Shown here: piece after piece, positions 1-11,960 of the stretch
Layout of the letters: the number at the start of each line of letters is the position of its first letter
Numbering within the stretch: position 1 is the first letter of the stretch
DNA from: Sphyrna mokarran
Taxonomy: Eukaryota
Assembly (NCBI GenBank): GCA_024679065.1
Contig: JAGIQG010000004.1
Span: 32,550,001 to 32,614,000, forward strand
DNA: 64,000 bases
Reading direction: 5' to 3'
Position numbers and translations under genes: made by a program
The notes under the pieces: model-generated
The model's database searches: none
Told to the model about the DNA's origin: nothing
What the model saw: only the letters and a program-made list of their open reading frames with translations

Positions 1-149
1 TGTTGCCCAACTATTTCTAACCTTTGCACATTGCATCTTAAGTCCTGAAGGTAGCTGCCCAATGCTGCGCAGATTTTTAAGGGCATCAATTGGATAGAGT
101 AATCATCCTTTATCTTTGCCAGTAATGCTACTAGGCCATTCAACCCATT

Positions 150-287
150 AAAGCTGAACCAGATAAGGAGGAAAATGGGATCAGAATATTGAATTTGATG
201 ATCAGCCATGATGAAAATGAATGGAAAAGCAGATTTGAAAGGCCAAGTGATCTACTCCTGCTTCTATTTTCTATGTTTCTATGTTTA
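150..287 (+). mobile_element. CR1-type LINE 3' tail fragment
   Basis: GATCAGCCATGAT...GGCCAAGTGATCTACTCCTGCTTC followed by a TTTCTATG-repeat tail. Confidence 0.65.
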
Positions 288-304
288 CCTGACAGCCAGA
301 TTCT

Positions 305-550
305 GGCCTCAGGTGACTGCCGTGTGGAGTTTGCATGTTCTCCCTGTGTCTGCTCCGGTTTCCTTCCACTGTCCAAAGATGTGTAGGTTAAGTGAATTGG
401 CCATGCTAAATTGCACCTCGGTGTCTGAAGTTATATTGTTTAGGGGGATTTAGTGGGGTAAACACATGTGGTTATGGGATAAACCAGGGTATGAGTGCAG
501 ATTCGACGGGCTGATTGGCCTTCTTATGCACTATAAGGGTTCTATGATTT
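305..550 (+). mobile_element. V-SINE (HE1-like), head-truncated, CR1-type tail (type A)
   Basis: V-domain GTGTGGAGTTTGCATGTTCTCCC...TCCAAAGATGTG; ends GGGTTCTATGATT. Confidence 0.8.
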
Positions 551-1283
551 TAAGCCATGCATTATAACCCTGAGCTCAAAAGCTATTCAAATTCTGAAAC
601 AAGGTGCAAGTATTGAGCTTCCCTGCATCAATAAAGTGCACGCACCAAAATCCTACTGCCTCGCCCACCACAGAATAAGAACGGGTGAGGGGCGGACAAT
701 GGAACTGTCCATTGACCTTGGTCAGGAATTTCCAGTCTTGCTCAAGCGAGGCTGTAAAACCCCACCCAAGGTGGCTCAGGACTGACTGAGAACTATGTTC
801 AACTTCAATTTTGCAAACTTCAGGCAATGAACGCCCTGAGGATGAGTGAGTTAAGCTTCTCTCACTTACTATCTTGCAACAGTCGAGATGTAATGGGGAA
901 AAAAAAACACCTATCTAAATGTTAATGATGAACAGATAGCACTTGAAAACCATTAAAATAAGTGTTTATGCAGCTCATACAGGAAAACAGAAATTATTCT
1001 GAAGTGCGCAAACCATGAAGAATTAGGCTAGCACGGGCAGATTTAACCAAATTTGATTCAAATGAAACATCTATCCTAATTATCACACACAGGGATGGCT
1101 GCAAAGGTGATTTTCAATTTGTAAAAATAGCACATATTTGCATGAAAAACTAGATTGGCAGCAGCACCTCACCACTACCTCTCTTAGCCCACTTGCTGTC
1201 TCTGAAGTAGCAGACTGTTTATGTGACATCCAAAGCTCGATGAGCAGAAATTTCCTGTTGATAAGTATTGGAAGGAGAGAAGC

Positions 1284-2030
1284 CATGGGCTCGGATTCTC
1301 TAGCACTAATAATGCTAAATCTGTCACCATCTGCAGTCTTGACAGTTGCGATGGGCGGGTTTTTTCAGTTTTGGGGTAAGCACGGCCAGAAAATCCCACT
1401 CCTAATGTCTCTACACGCACAACTAAATGCAGAAATCCAAAGCTGTGGTCAGCTATTCTCTACTTCGTTGCATGACATGCTGTTGAATTCCCCACAGAAG
1501 GGAAATCACTTAATTTGATGTGAGCTTCCATCATGAAAATTCCTGAAAAAGTTATGCCTTGTTAAATGATGTGTAACTTCTTTTTAACAGCAGAAAGTCA
1601 TAATTATTGCTGAGCAATCACTCTGACTCTGAGAAACTAATTTGATATTAGTGGGCTGTCAAATTTCTCCATAATGATCAAATAAATTTAGATTTAAAAT
1701 AATAAAAGAAATTTGCAAGCTTGTTTATGATATTTCAGCTTCTGCCTTAATCCCAGATGTATGTTCCAATCTTTACTTTGCTCTCTATTAAGTCATTGAA
1801 ATGTCAAGGGTAATCCATGATTCTACATAATGGTTTACTAACTTTCAGATTCTTCAACATGATTAGCTGTTTAGCTAACTGGAAGGCATCACTACCACTG
1901 GATACTCTTTCAGCTGATGCCAGAATGAATCCATGACAGGAAAGGTGAAATCTATGCCACTGAGATCACGTCCTTGAAGGGCTGTTGTGAGTGCCATCAC
2001 TTTGCAATGATTGCAAAATCCAAGCCCATG
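1284..2030. mobile_element. Non-autonomous TIR DNA transposon (Harbinger-like MITE), with a short nested MITE at about 1352-1400
   Basis: CATGGGCTCGGATT at 1284 vs reverse complement of AATCCAAGCCCATG ending at 2030 (13/14 match). Confidence 0.6.
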
Positions 2031-2059
2031 TCTTCAGTTTGGCCACAAATTCTGCTCCT

Positions 2060-3110
2060 TGACCATAGACTTCATCCCTCTCTTGACAAATGTCTGAGGT
2101 TGAACCCCAGTCTGTTCGCAATCTTGGATGTTGTTTCTGACACCAAAATGAGCTCTTGAGTTTGTATCTGGGCCATCATCAAGTCTGCCTACTTCCACCT
2201 CTCTAGCATTGCCTGACTCCACTCAGCTGGTTTCCAGCTAAACCCCTCATTCATTCTTTTGTTCAATCGTGGGACATGGGAATCACTGGCTGGACGTATT
2301 GATTGCCCATCCCTAGTTGTCTATGAGAAGGTGATGGTAAGCCTCCTTCTTGAAATGTTGCACTTCATGGGCTGTGGGTTGACCCACAATGCTGTAAGGC
2401 AGGGAATTCCAGGATTTTGACCGAGCGACTATGAAGCAACGGCAATACATTTCCAAGTCAGCATGATGAGTGGCTTGGGGAGGAATTTACAAATGGTGAT
2501 GTTCTCATGTATCTGTTGCCTCTGTCCTTCTAGATAGAAGTGATTGTGTGTTTGGAACATGCTGTCTAAGGATCTTTGGTGAGTTTCTGCAGTGCGCCTT
2601 GTAGATAGTACATAGTGCTGCTACCGAGTATCAGTGGTGAAGGGAGAGGATGTGGTGCCAGTCAAGACAGCTACTTTGGCCAAAACGGTGTCAAGGTTCT
2701 TGAGTATTGTTGGAGCTCCAGGTTCAGCTATTCCAGTGTTCATATCATTGTAGCTCGACATCCTTATTTCACGCTCCATAAATTTAAGCACATCCAAAGC
2801 TCTGCTGCCTCTATTTTAACACATAGCAAGTCCTATTCATCCATCACCCTGAGCTTACTGACCTCATTGACTCCTGGTTAGGTGACTCTTCAATTATATA
2901 ATCAGCAACCCTTCCAAATCCTCCAAGCAACCCCTTCAAATCCCTCCAAGACCTTGCCTTTCAATATCACTATATCGCCTGTCAACCCACTCCACCAACT
3001 CATCTACTTTCCTCCATTTCGGGTCTCTTGCACATCCCCAATTTTAATCACTCCACTGTTGGTGATCATATCTTCAGCTGCTGAGATCCTAAGCTTTGGA
3101 ATCCCCATTG
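2060..3110 (+). mobile_element. Decayed L2-clade LINE ORF2 C-terminus, interrupted by a nested LINE tail
   Basis: Recognisable VRNL.., AYFHL..IA, KHIQSSAASILT..K...IT motifs with frameshifts. Confidence 0.7.
2250..2720 (-). mobile_element. 3' end of a CR1/L2-group LINE nested in the L2 remnant
   Basis: Reverse complement of the ...TTCAAGAAGG...CTAGGGATGGGCAAT...CCAGCCAGTGA tail also seen at 29760-29870, 52490-52590 and 58305-58370. Confidence 0.7.
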
Positions 3111-4771
3111 CTATTGTCAGGAAATGAGATCATAAATTGGTGAAGTAGGACAATTTGCCACAATTCATAAAGCAAAGAACAAGGCATGAAAGTTTTCAAA
3201 AACTGCTGTGCCAGATAATCCAACCAAGAAAAGCTAATTTAGTATCATTCTATGAAGTAAGATTGATTGTACAATCTATCTATGTCAAAGCTAACCATAA
3301 TTTTGTAATTTTCTATAAATCCTGAAAAATCCTATAGAATTCAATAAATTCTATAAATAATTTTCTAACCTGTAATTTTCTATAAATCCAAACGACACAT
3401 CTGATATCAGCTACATTTGGTAGCTTTGATTAAACCAAACTAAAGGGAAGCACATAGCATTTATATCGTCCTAAACCAAACAGTCCTTGGTTGAGGGAAT
3501 ATGAGACTGGGAGGGAGCAGCCTCATTGTACATTGTAAAATACTGTGCAATTAATTTTTCTATTTGCATTTGAGGAATTAAGCATGTCAGTAATATTCTT
3601 AATGTGCATCGTAAACATTAAGGCATCTGTCGATTGTACTGCCGTTGCAACTACGGCTTAAATCTCCTGGAATATGTTTACCAGCAGATTAGTTAATGGG
3701 TTCCAGGAGGTATAAATAGGAATGATAATTCAATTGATGGTAATTCTATGACAAGGCTAGAAGTCACATAAATCTTACTTGCTTACTGGTTCATTTTGCC
3801 TTGACGAATGGCTCAATTTCCGGACCAGATCGCCATCAAACCCTCCTTGTATAATCTTGTTATATGACAGCTTAATAAAAACCAATCTAAATACTGAATG
3901 ACTTCTTGGGATCAAAAAAGTTGTTTTATGATTGCATAATTTCCTAAGTTTTCACTTTGGTCATCATTTTTGGTTAATTAGACACTGAAGATTTATAATT
4001 ACCACTAATTATGCAGAAGTACTGCAGTGCTGCAAGGTATGAAATGGCTACAATTACAGTGGGTGCTTGCTCCAGATGCCTGTGATATATTCATACTTCA
4101 TTGCGTAAATGCTAAACTCCAATATTTGTATTAAATCTATTTCATATTTCCCCTTAATGACAAAAGTAATTAACTGAATCATATGGAAAACTGAATAACA
4201 GGGGGTTTTAATCATGCAGCAAGTATTCAGCACATTACAGGGTCATCGCAGTTATCAATATGTGACAAGTTAATGCTTCTTAATTATGAAAGCAGCAGTA
4301 AAGCAATTAAGCAAAAGTGTGGGATTAACATAATCCCTTGACTGCTGCAGTCAGTCTGGAAATATGTACTAGATAACAGACATGCCTTTATCATGTGCTG
4401 AGTTTAATCAGTTTTGAAATGACAGTTAACAAAATCACATTTTAAGCGAATTTTTGCCTTTAGAGTAATAGATAATGTGACGTGCCATTACCACAAGATA
4501 GGAACGTGGATCCAATATTTAGCAATGGATAAACAAGAGAGTTTTAATGCCAATGATTCAGTCAGATTATTTAATAACGATTGCTGTGTTCTGCATTCCA
4601 CTCAGATAAATGCCAAGCCTTACCAGATAATTCATTCAAATTAGTTGCAGTTTACTTGCCAATGAACTATTTTTCATGTCTATTATTGCCCACTGTTTTG
4701 CTGAGTGTTTGGTGAGCTAATTGTCCAGTTGACTATCCATCATGAATTTGTGTTGTAAACAATTTGCTTAT

Positions 4772-5070
4772 GGCATGGCAAAGTGGTTAGCACTGCTGCA
4801 TTTAAGCGCCAGGGACCCACGTTCAATTCCTAGCTTGGATCACTGTCTGTGTGGAGTCTGCACATTCTCCTCGTGTCTGCATGGATTTCCTCTGGGTGCT
4901 CCAATTTCCTCCCACAGTCCAAAAGATGTGCTGATTAGCATTGGTCATTGCTAAAATTCTCTCTCAGTGTAGCAGAACAGGCATCAGAGTGTAGCAACTA
5001 GGTGATTCTCACAGTAACTTCATTGCAGTGTTGATGTAAGCCTACTTGTGACACTATTAAATAAATAAAA
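4772..5070 (+). mobile_element. V-SINE, type B tail
   Basis: tRNA-like head (GTGGTTAGCACTGCTGC...GTTCAATTCC), V-domain, tail CACAGTAACTTCATTGCAGTGTT...CCTACTTGTGACACTATTAAATAAAT. Confidence 0.85.
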
Positions 5071-5606
5071 TTAATTTGTGTCCAATGATTTGTCCAAAAC
5101 CAGGACTTTTTTTCCAGTCATGGTTTGGCACATTAACTTTTAAATGAAAAACAAAATTAGATTTTAAAAAACAATGAAATATATTTAAACAATTAACTAA
5201 TTAGAATGTTATTGATCCTGGGGGCATTGTATTCATGTCAAGTCCAAGGGAAAAGAAACTGCATGCCATGTAATCCAGAGCTATTCACTGCACTAAAGAA
5301 CTATGTGCTTTGTTAAGTTACATTAAAATGGTTTAATATTATATTCAGAATCACCCTCTAAATTATGGTCATAAAAATGGGGGGAACAAATGGGTCAGGT
5401 AGTTTAGCTAAATACTCACTTGAAACACTTTTTAAAATTAAAATTATTAATCACACTTCACCAACCTCCTGATCAATGATCATAAGTGTTCAAATAAATA
5501 CTGAGGAGTGTCAACAATGTTAACGAACACAGAAATCTTATCCAATGTACATAAGCAAATCTCTTCATCCGCAGTAAGAAATAATTCATTGTAATCCCAA
5601 AGCTGC

Positions 5607-5726
5607 AATCAGGTACTGCCTGATTCAAGTCATTTTAGCTTCTAGTTACTGAGGATAACAGAAAAATCAGGTACTATCTGATTCAAGTCATTTTAGCTTT
5701 TAGGTACTGAGGACAACAGAAAAATC
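5607..5726. repeat. Tandem duplication, two copies of a 58-bp unit
   Basis: AATCAGGTACT..CTGATTCAAGTCATTTTAGCTT.TAG.TACTGAGGA.AACAGAAA starts at 5607 and again at 5665. Confidence 0.9.
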
Positions 5727-6229
5727 CAAAAGCAGAAAAGTTTCCAAGATCAATCCAGCCAATTCCAAAGACCAAAACCATTCCTCCAAATGTCCTTTGC
5801 TCTTCCTAAATGTTTTCAGTGCTAAAACATCATAGCCTTGATCTTACCAAATCGTCATGCCTGTCAATCAATGTGATAAGCCTGTAACATAACGTGAGAG
5901 GCCAAAAATCCGATTTGAGCCAGGCTATCTTCCTGGCTATGTTTTGCTGGTGAAGGGATGTAGAGGTGGGTGCTAGTTAAGATGCTGTTTTGGAGAGCCA
6001 GTGAAGACTCAGTGGGCCAAATGGCATATTTCTGCAATGTAAGATTTCTATGGGATTCTATGGATGTCTTAGACACAGACGCCAAAGCCATACACAAAAT
6101 TGCAAGTGTGTGGTTTTATACTAGATGCTGGTGGACAGTCTATCAGAGGAGATAGAGACAGAAAGGTCAAGGATGGGAAGACAAGTGTCAAGAGATTGAC
6201 CGTGTGAAGGTGATAGACTGTCCACCTGT

Positions 6230-6537
6230 ATACCCCAACTATAATGATCAAGAGCAGTATTAATGTTAATATTAAAGGCTTAGACATAATGCCGTTGTGA
6301 CAAGAATAGTATAAATGAGATTGTTCAGTAGAGAATCCATGAACACATTGGAAATGCTTGAAAAGAGCTCATTTATTAATGCTTTCTGTAACATTCAAAG
6401 CCTCTTGGGGCAAATCTTCCAGTCCTACCGGCTCTGAGGCAGCCGGATCATGCAAGGGAGCGAAGCATGGAAAGGTCCATTTACTTCAGGCAGGATATTC
6501 TGGTTTCAAGGCGAGTGTGGTCGGAAAATCCCACTCT
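6230..6537 (+). repeat. Local duplication copy A (unique flank plus MITE); partner at 8151-8478
   Basis: Colinear with 8151-8455 (ACTATAATGATCAA...AGTATAAATGAGATTGTTCAGTAGAGAA...GGATATTCTGGTTTCAAGGCGAGTGTG). Confidence 0.9.
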
Positions 6538-6541
6538 TTGA

Positions 6542-6665
6542 AAGGAAACCCACGCAGGCATGGGGAGAACGTGCAGATTCAACACAGACAGTGGGCTAAG
6601 CGAGGAATCAAACCCAGGTCCCTGGCGCTCTGAGGCAGCATTGCTAACCTCTCAACTACTGTGTC
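6542..6665 (-). mobile_element. V-SINE head fragment
   Basis: GGAAACCCACGCAG...GGAATCAAACCCAGGTCCCTGGCGCT..GAGGCAGC..TGCTAACC. Confidence 0.8.
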
Positions 6666-6669
6666 GTCT

Positions 6670-7972
6670 CAGCGTATCTCCCTTCTTCTCCAATTGTGGT
6701 TTTCCACCCACTGTGGTTGATAGGGATCTCAACCATGTCAGACCCATCTCTTGGGCCACTTCTCTCACCCAATTCCCTTCCTCGTAGAACCAGAATAGAG
6801 TCCTCCTTGCCTTCATTTTTCACCCCACCATATTCAAAGGATCATTCTCCACCATTTCTGCCAACTCCTGTCAAAGCATTCAGAGCAGGCAAGGGCAGAA
6901 TATGGAAAAGCCCATTAATCTCAGGCAGGATATTCCAGTTTCAAGGCAAATGCGGCTGGAAAATCCCACTCCTTGATTTTCTATGAAATCAACTCAATAA
7001 ATCTTCCCCTCACTCCCCCGTCAGCATTTCACAAGAACCATTCTCTCTGGGACACCCTGGTCTAGTCTTCCATCACATTCAACACCTCACCCCCCCAACT
7101 CACGGCACTTTCCCAAACAATCAAGGTGCAACAGCAGTCCCTTTACCTCTTCACCATCCCAGGGCCAAAACATTCCCTCCAGGTGAAGCACATGCATCTC
7201 CTTTAATCTGATCTATTGCATTCATTGCTCCCAGTGTGGTCTACTCTACATCATAGAGACCAAATGCAGAACTAGGTGACCACTTTGCAGAACACTTTTG
7301 GTCCTCCCACGAGCAGGATCCAGACCTTTCTGTTATTTGTCACTTCGACACGTCACCTTGCTCTCATGTCGACATCTCGTCCTTGGCCTTTTGCAATGCT
7401 CCAATGAACCACAACACAAAGTGGAGAAACAGCATCTCATTTTCCAGCTGGGCATTTTACAGCCTTCTGGACTGAGTTCAACAACTTCAGAGCATGAACT
7501 CTCCCCTCTATCTCATTTCCATTTATTTTATTTAATTTCTTATTTTTATCCATTTTTATCACTTTTCATGCTTACTTCTATTTTGCCACTTCTCTAATCT
7601 CGCTCTCCATCTTATTGCCATATTCACACCCCCACCTTTCAGGGCAACTGCCACATCCCTCAAGGCAGTTCCTTAACAATCTGTACCTCTGTTCTGCTAT
7701 TCTTGCATTCTGATCATTTAATGGACAAATTTTAGCAGTTTGCTCAGCCTTTATCATCACTATTCACATTCCCTTTGTCCGATTACAACCCCCCTCAATC
7801 TTGATAATACAAATCTTGTCTGATTTTCTTTGCTCTCAGTCCTGACAAAGGGTCATCCAGACTATGATATGTTACGTCTATTCTCTCCCCATAGATGCTG
7901 TCAGACCTACTGAGATTTTCCAGCATTTTCTGTTTTTGTTTCAGATTCCAGCATCCACAATATTCTGCCTTC
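6670..7972 (+). mobile_element. Decayed Penelope-like element (second family): RT C-terminus/GIY-YIG remnant plus terminal repeat
   Basis: Translates near 7205-7295 to NLIYCIHCSQCGLLYIIETKCR..GDHFAEH (GIY-YIG); terminal repeat with a decayed hammerhead core CTGACAAAGGGTCATCCAGAC at about 7842. Confidence 0.8.
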
Positions 7973-8150
7973 ATAGTTGGCAGCCTTAAATGATTGACCA
8001 TTATCTTGGCGAGTTCTCCTTCACCTACAAGCGTGTCAAATATGGCATCAGTGCCACTCACTTCTCCAGGTTCATCCCTCTGAAGTGAACAGTTTACAAT
8101 GTAAATAAAATTGGTTCCAGTACAAACAAAATTCTGGGATCTCTTTCCAG

Positions 8151-8478
8151 ACAATCCTACTATAATGATCAAATGCAGTATTAATATTAATATTAAAGAC
8201 TTAGATGTTATGCCCTTATGACAAAGACAGTATAAATGAGATTGTTCAGTAGAGAAACCATGAGCACATAGGAAATGCTTGAAATGAGCTAATTTACTAA
8301 TGCTTTCTGCAACACTCAAAGCTTATTGGGGCGAATCTTCCAGCTCCGCACACCACGGCAATCGGAACAGGCAAGGGAGCGGAGCATGAAAAGGTCCATC
8401 AACTTCAGGCTGGATATTCTGGTTTCAAGGCGAGTGTGACTGGAAAATGCCACTCCTTGATTTTCTATGAAATCAACT
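8151..8478 (+). repeat. Local duplication copy B (unique flank plus MITE)
   Basis: Colinear with 6230-6537; 3' 29 bp identical to 6966-6994. Confidence 0.9.
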
Positions 8479-8524
8479 ACCTTATTTTTAGTCACATGAA
8501 CTATGACAACTAGTAGTGTTTGCT

Positions 8525-8642
8525 CTACATCTTTGGACTATGGGAGGAAAACCAGAGTATCCAGAGGAAACCCACACAAACATGGGGAGAACATGCAGAC
8601 TCCACACAGACAGTGCCCTAAGCCAGGAATCGAACCTGGGTT
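8525..8642 (-). mobile_element. V-SINE fragment
   Basis: ACATCTTTGGACTATGGGAGGAAA...CAGACTCCACACAGACAG...GGAATCGAACC. Confidence 0.8.
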
Positions 8643-9689
8643 CAATTGACTTCCTCCATATTTTTGTCAAATGCTGTTACAAATATTGAATCTAGTTCTC
8701 ACTTGAAACCAAACAGCAAATCAATTAATTTTATTCACCGTTCATCTTTACTTGTTATTTGTTGTGGTTAATTCTATATGATAACAGAATGTAATTTGAT
8801 AGAAGTGGTAAAATCAAATTTAATGTCGTAAAAGATATGAGTTTAAGTGACTTTCTTATGTTAGTTAAACTCATATTCGATTTTGAAATTCTTGTACGCT
8901 TTGTGCAACTTATGGGTCTTAATTCTAAAGTTGTGCTTAGCTTAAGGGCCTTGTAATTAGTTCTGTTTTGTATAAAATATAGGAGAAGATGGCATAGTAG
9001 CATAGAATGTCTCTTTTACAATCATTTAAACTCGCAGCATACAAAAGATTAATTCAGATAGAAATTAGCATGAAGAAGTTAACTCTAATGCTTCATGCTA
9101 CATTCATTTGGGTGGTTTCTGGTGACTGGTTGACATTTGGCTGGTTAGGTTCATTGCCTGCTTGTGGCCTAATGGAGGGCAGATATGGCTGTGCGGCTTC
9201 CATACTGGTGGCTGGATGTGCCTGACAGATTGTAGAGCTATTTTAATCTGTGTGGGTCAGCTACTCACTGGATAAACTCATTCACCCATCAGTGAAATGT
9301 GCTCTCTATTTTAATTGTCTATTGAAGTAGAATGCAGATCATTCTGCATATAACTCAAAATTGAAATGACATCAAGCATTGTTTCTTTCTGCCAATGTGG
9401 GCGGGGGGGGCGATCTTACAACCTCATCACCTGTTTTTTTGGCAAGGTGAGGGGAGGTCAAAAAATCAGGAGTGAGTGGACGATTGGGAATGACGCCTAT
9501 TTTCACACCCATTCCTATTGTACCAAAAATAAATCTGGCTGCGGTGTACCTCACCCAAAATGGGCAAAATATTAGTATGATCAGCACATTACAATCACAA
9601 GTCTCCCACCTCACTTATCTTAACACCTTAACGACTTCGTTGGGGGCAACCTCATACCAACAAGTAAAACACTTGCTCCATAAAACTTA

Positions 9690-10327
9690 TGGAGCAAGCT
9701 TACGGTGTACTGGCCTTCATTCATCGAGGGATTGAGTTCAGGAGTCAGGAGGTAATGCTGCAGCTTTATAGGACCCTTGTCAGACCACACTTGGAGTACT
9801 GTGCGCAGTTCTGGTCGCCTCACTATAGGAAGGACGTGGAAGCTATTGAAAGGGTGCGGAGGAGATTTACAAGGATGTTGCCTGGATTGGGAGGCATGCC
9901 TTATGAAGACAGGTTGAGGGAGCTGGGACTGTTCTCCCTGGAGAGACGAAGGTTGAGAGGCGACCTGATAGAGGTTTACAAGATGTTGAGAGGAATAGAT
10001 AGGGTGGACTCTCAGACACTATTTCCCAGGGCTGAAATGGTCGCGACGAGAGGGCACAGATTTAAGGTGCAGGGAAGCAAGTACAGAGGGGATGCTAGGG
10101 GAAAGTTTTTCACTCAGAGGGTGGTGAGTGAATGGAATCGGCTGCCGTCGGTGGTGGTCGAGGCGAACTCGCTGAGGTCTTTTAAAAGACTTCTGGATGA
10201 GTATATGGGATCCAATGGGATTGGGGGTTATAGATAGGTCTATGGCTGGGTAGGTTTTTGATGTGTTCGGCACAACTTGTGGGCCGAAGGGCCTGTTTCT
10301 GCTGTAGTGTTCTATGTTCTATGTTCT
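9690..10327 (+). mobile_element. CR1 (HER1-like) LINE 3' fragment, open ORF2 C-terminus (ORF 9689-10237)
   Basis: LYRTLVRPHLEYCAQFWSP, LFSLERRRLRGDLIE, FFTQRVV..WN.LP; (TTCTATG)n tail; probable TSD ATAAAAC at 9680-9686 and 10328-10334. Confidence 0.95.
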
Positions 10328-11171
10328 ATAAAACAATACTGCAGGCACACTGCAATATTGAGGGTGAGCGAGGAGATAAATCGCTCTGGGGGGAGAGAGG
10401 GTGAAGGGGCCACGGAAGCACCACAGAGCAACCCACAAGTCTCACCACTAACTTGACCCACAGAGGTGACAACCTCTAGGGTGGTAAACAGTGATGTGGG
10501 AACCTGTGCCAAGAAACTGGTGCTGGCCTCAGATGTTTGCCCATCCTCAGAGTGTCTGGACAGGAGCAGTGGGTTGGGGATGGATGCAATGCCAGATGGG
10601 GCCAGGCGCATTGCAACACAGGACACAAGGTTAAGTGCAAAGGAGGAGAGAAATTGAGGCTGCATACAATTTACTTGAGATATCACAAACAATTGGAGGG
10701 TTGGAAGGTGCTCAAGTCCATGGCGCAGCTCAACCTGGCTGTGAGAAATGATATATTCATCATCCTGCCCCACCAGATCGGAGTGCCTGCTCCTTGAACG
10801 GGGTGAGGATTTTTAAATGGGGCACAGAACCCCCTGTGTTTCCTATTCTCGATTATGGACATTTTTCTCCTGTAGGGACAGAAGGAGGCATGTAAAGGCT
10901 GATGGCAGGAAGCCTGCAGGGTGTTGGGGGTTGTGTGGCGACTTGTGGGGGAGGGCGGGGGAGGGGAGTGGTGCTGAAGGCAAATGCTAAGGAGTTAGGG
11001 ACTGGAAACTTGCAGGTGTCAGGGGCTGAGCCTCAGAGGGCAGGGGTTGTGTGGTGATTTGGGGTGAGGATGGGGTGATTGCTGGAGACAGGTGATAGGA
11101 AGCCTGCAGAGTGTCTAGGACTATGCCCAGAGTAGGGGTCACATAGAGGGACAGTGCCATGACAGGATGCG

Positions 11172-11385
11172 TACTCACCCTTGCTGCCCAAATGGAATCA
11201 TTCAGTTTCTTCCTGCACTAAGTGGCCAATTCGCATGCACTGATTGCCACTACAACAACCTCCCAGGCCGCTTTGCCTTGCACTGCCTTGGAACAACTCC
11301 CATTGGTGGGGAGTAAGCAGTCCCTCCTCTCCTTCACTGCATCCAGGAGATGTGACATGAGAATCTGGGAGCTGCGCTTCAGACA
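11172..11385 (-). pseudogene. Harbinger-associated Myb/SANT DNA-binding domain exon remnant
   Basis: Minus strand reads AAPRFS..LLDAVKERRDCLLP...AAWEVV...*CRKKLND.IWAAR, then a GTGAGT donor; has a stop and a frameshift. Confidence 0.75.
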
Positions 11386-11639
11386 CCCATCTTCCTGCTC
11401 TTCCTACCTGTCTGTCCATCCTTGAGGCCTAGATACAGGTCTCCCATGTTAGGACAGGTCAGCTGCAGGCAGTTTGGGTGAGTCATGTGCCCATTAGGGA
11501 ATTCCAGCAAAATTACATGCACTTTGCTTTGTTGCACTGAAGAGGAAGCCAAGCAAGAGTTGCAGATGTGCTGATGGTGGAGTGGGGTAGGGGGTTTGCA
11601 GGAACGTGGTAATCTTGGGGGGTTAAGGGGGGGGACAAT

Positions 11640-11960
11640 GACAGGGAAACTCTGCCAATGTGGGGGCACAGATGACAGAGTGGGGAATGGAAGGCTTCAT
11701 TGGGAAAGGGGTGAGAGAGAGACTTTGCAATCCGAGGGAGGGGGATAAGGAACATTTTGCAATCGAGTGGGGAGGGGGTCACTCTGCAAATAGGGAGTGG
11801 CATTGAGAGACATTCTGCAATCAGGAAGTGGGGCATAGAGGGAAATTGTGCAAGGCATGTCAGGGTGGTGCCCTTGGGGGAGGTCAATAATATGGGGGAG
11901 AATCTCCAATGTCTGTGCAATGGAGAGAGAGACTGTGTCCGTGACGAAGGGATACTGGGA
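11640..11960. repeat. Degenerate subterminal tandem repeats (about 30-35 bp) inside the Harbinger-derived element
   Basis: Recurrent (A/T)CT(C/T)TGCAAT...GGGAG(T/G)GGG units. Confidence 0.55.

Noticed and set aside
7835-7875. Functional hammerhead at 7842 (and at 29983-30021, 56065-56145)
   Set aside because: Core or helix nucleotides are mutated (CTGACAA, CAAAA, AATGTT), so these are treated as relics
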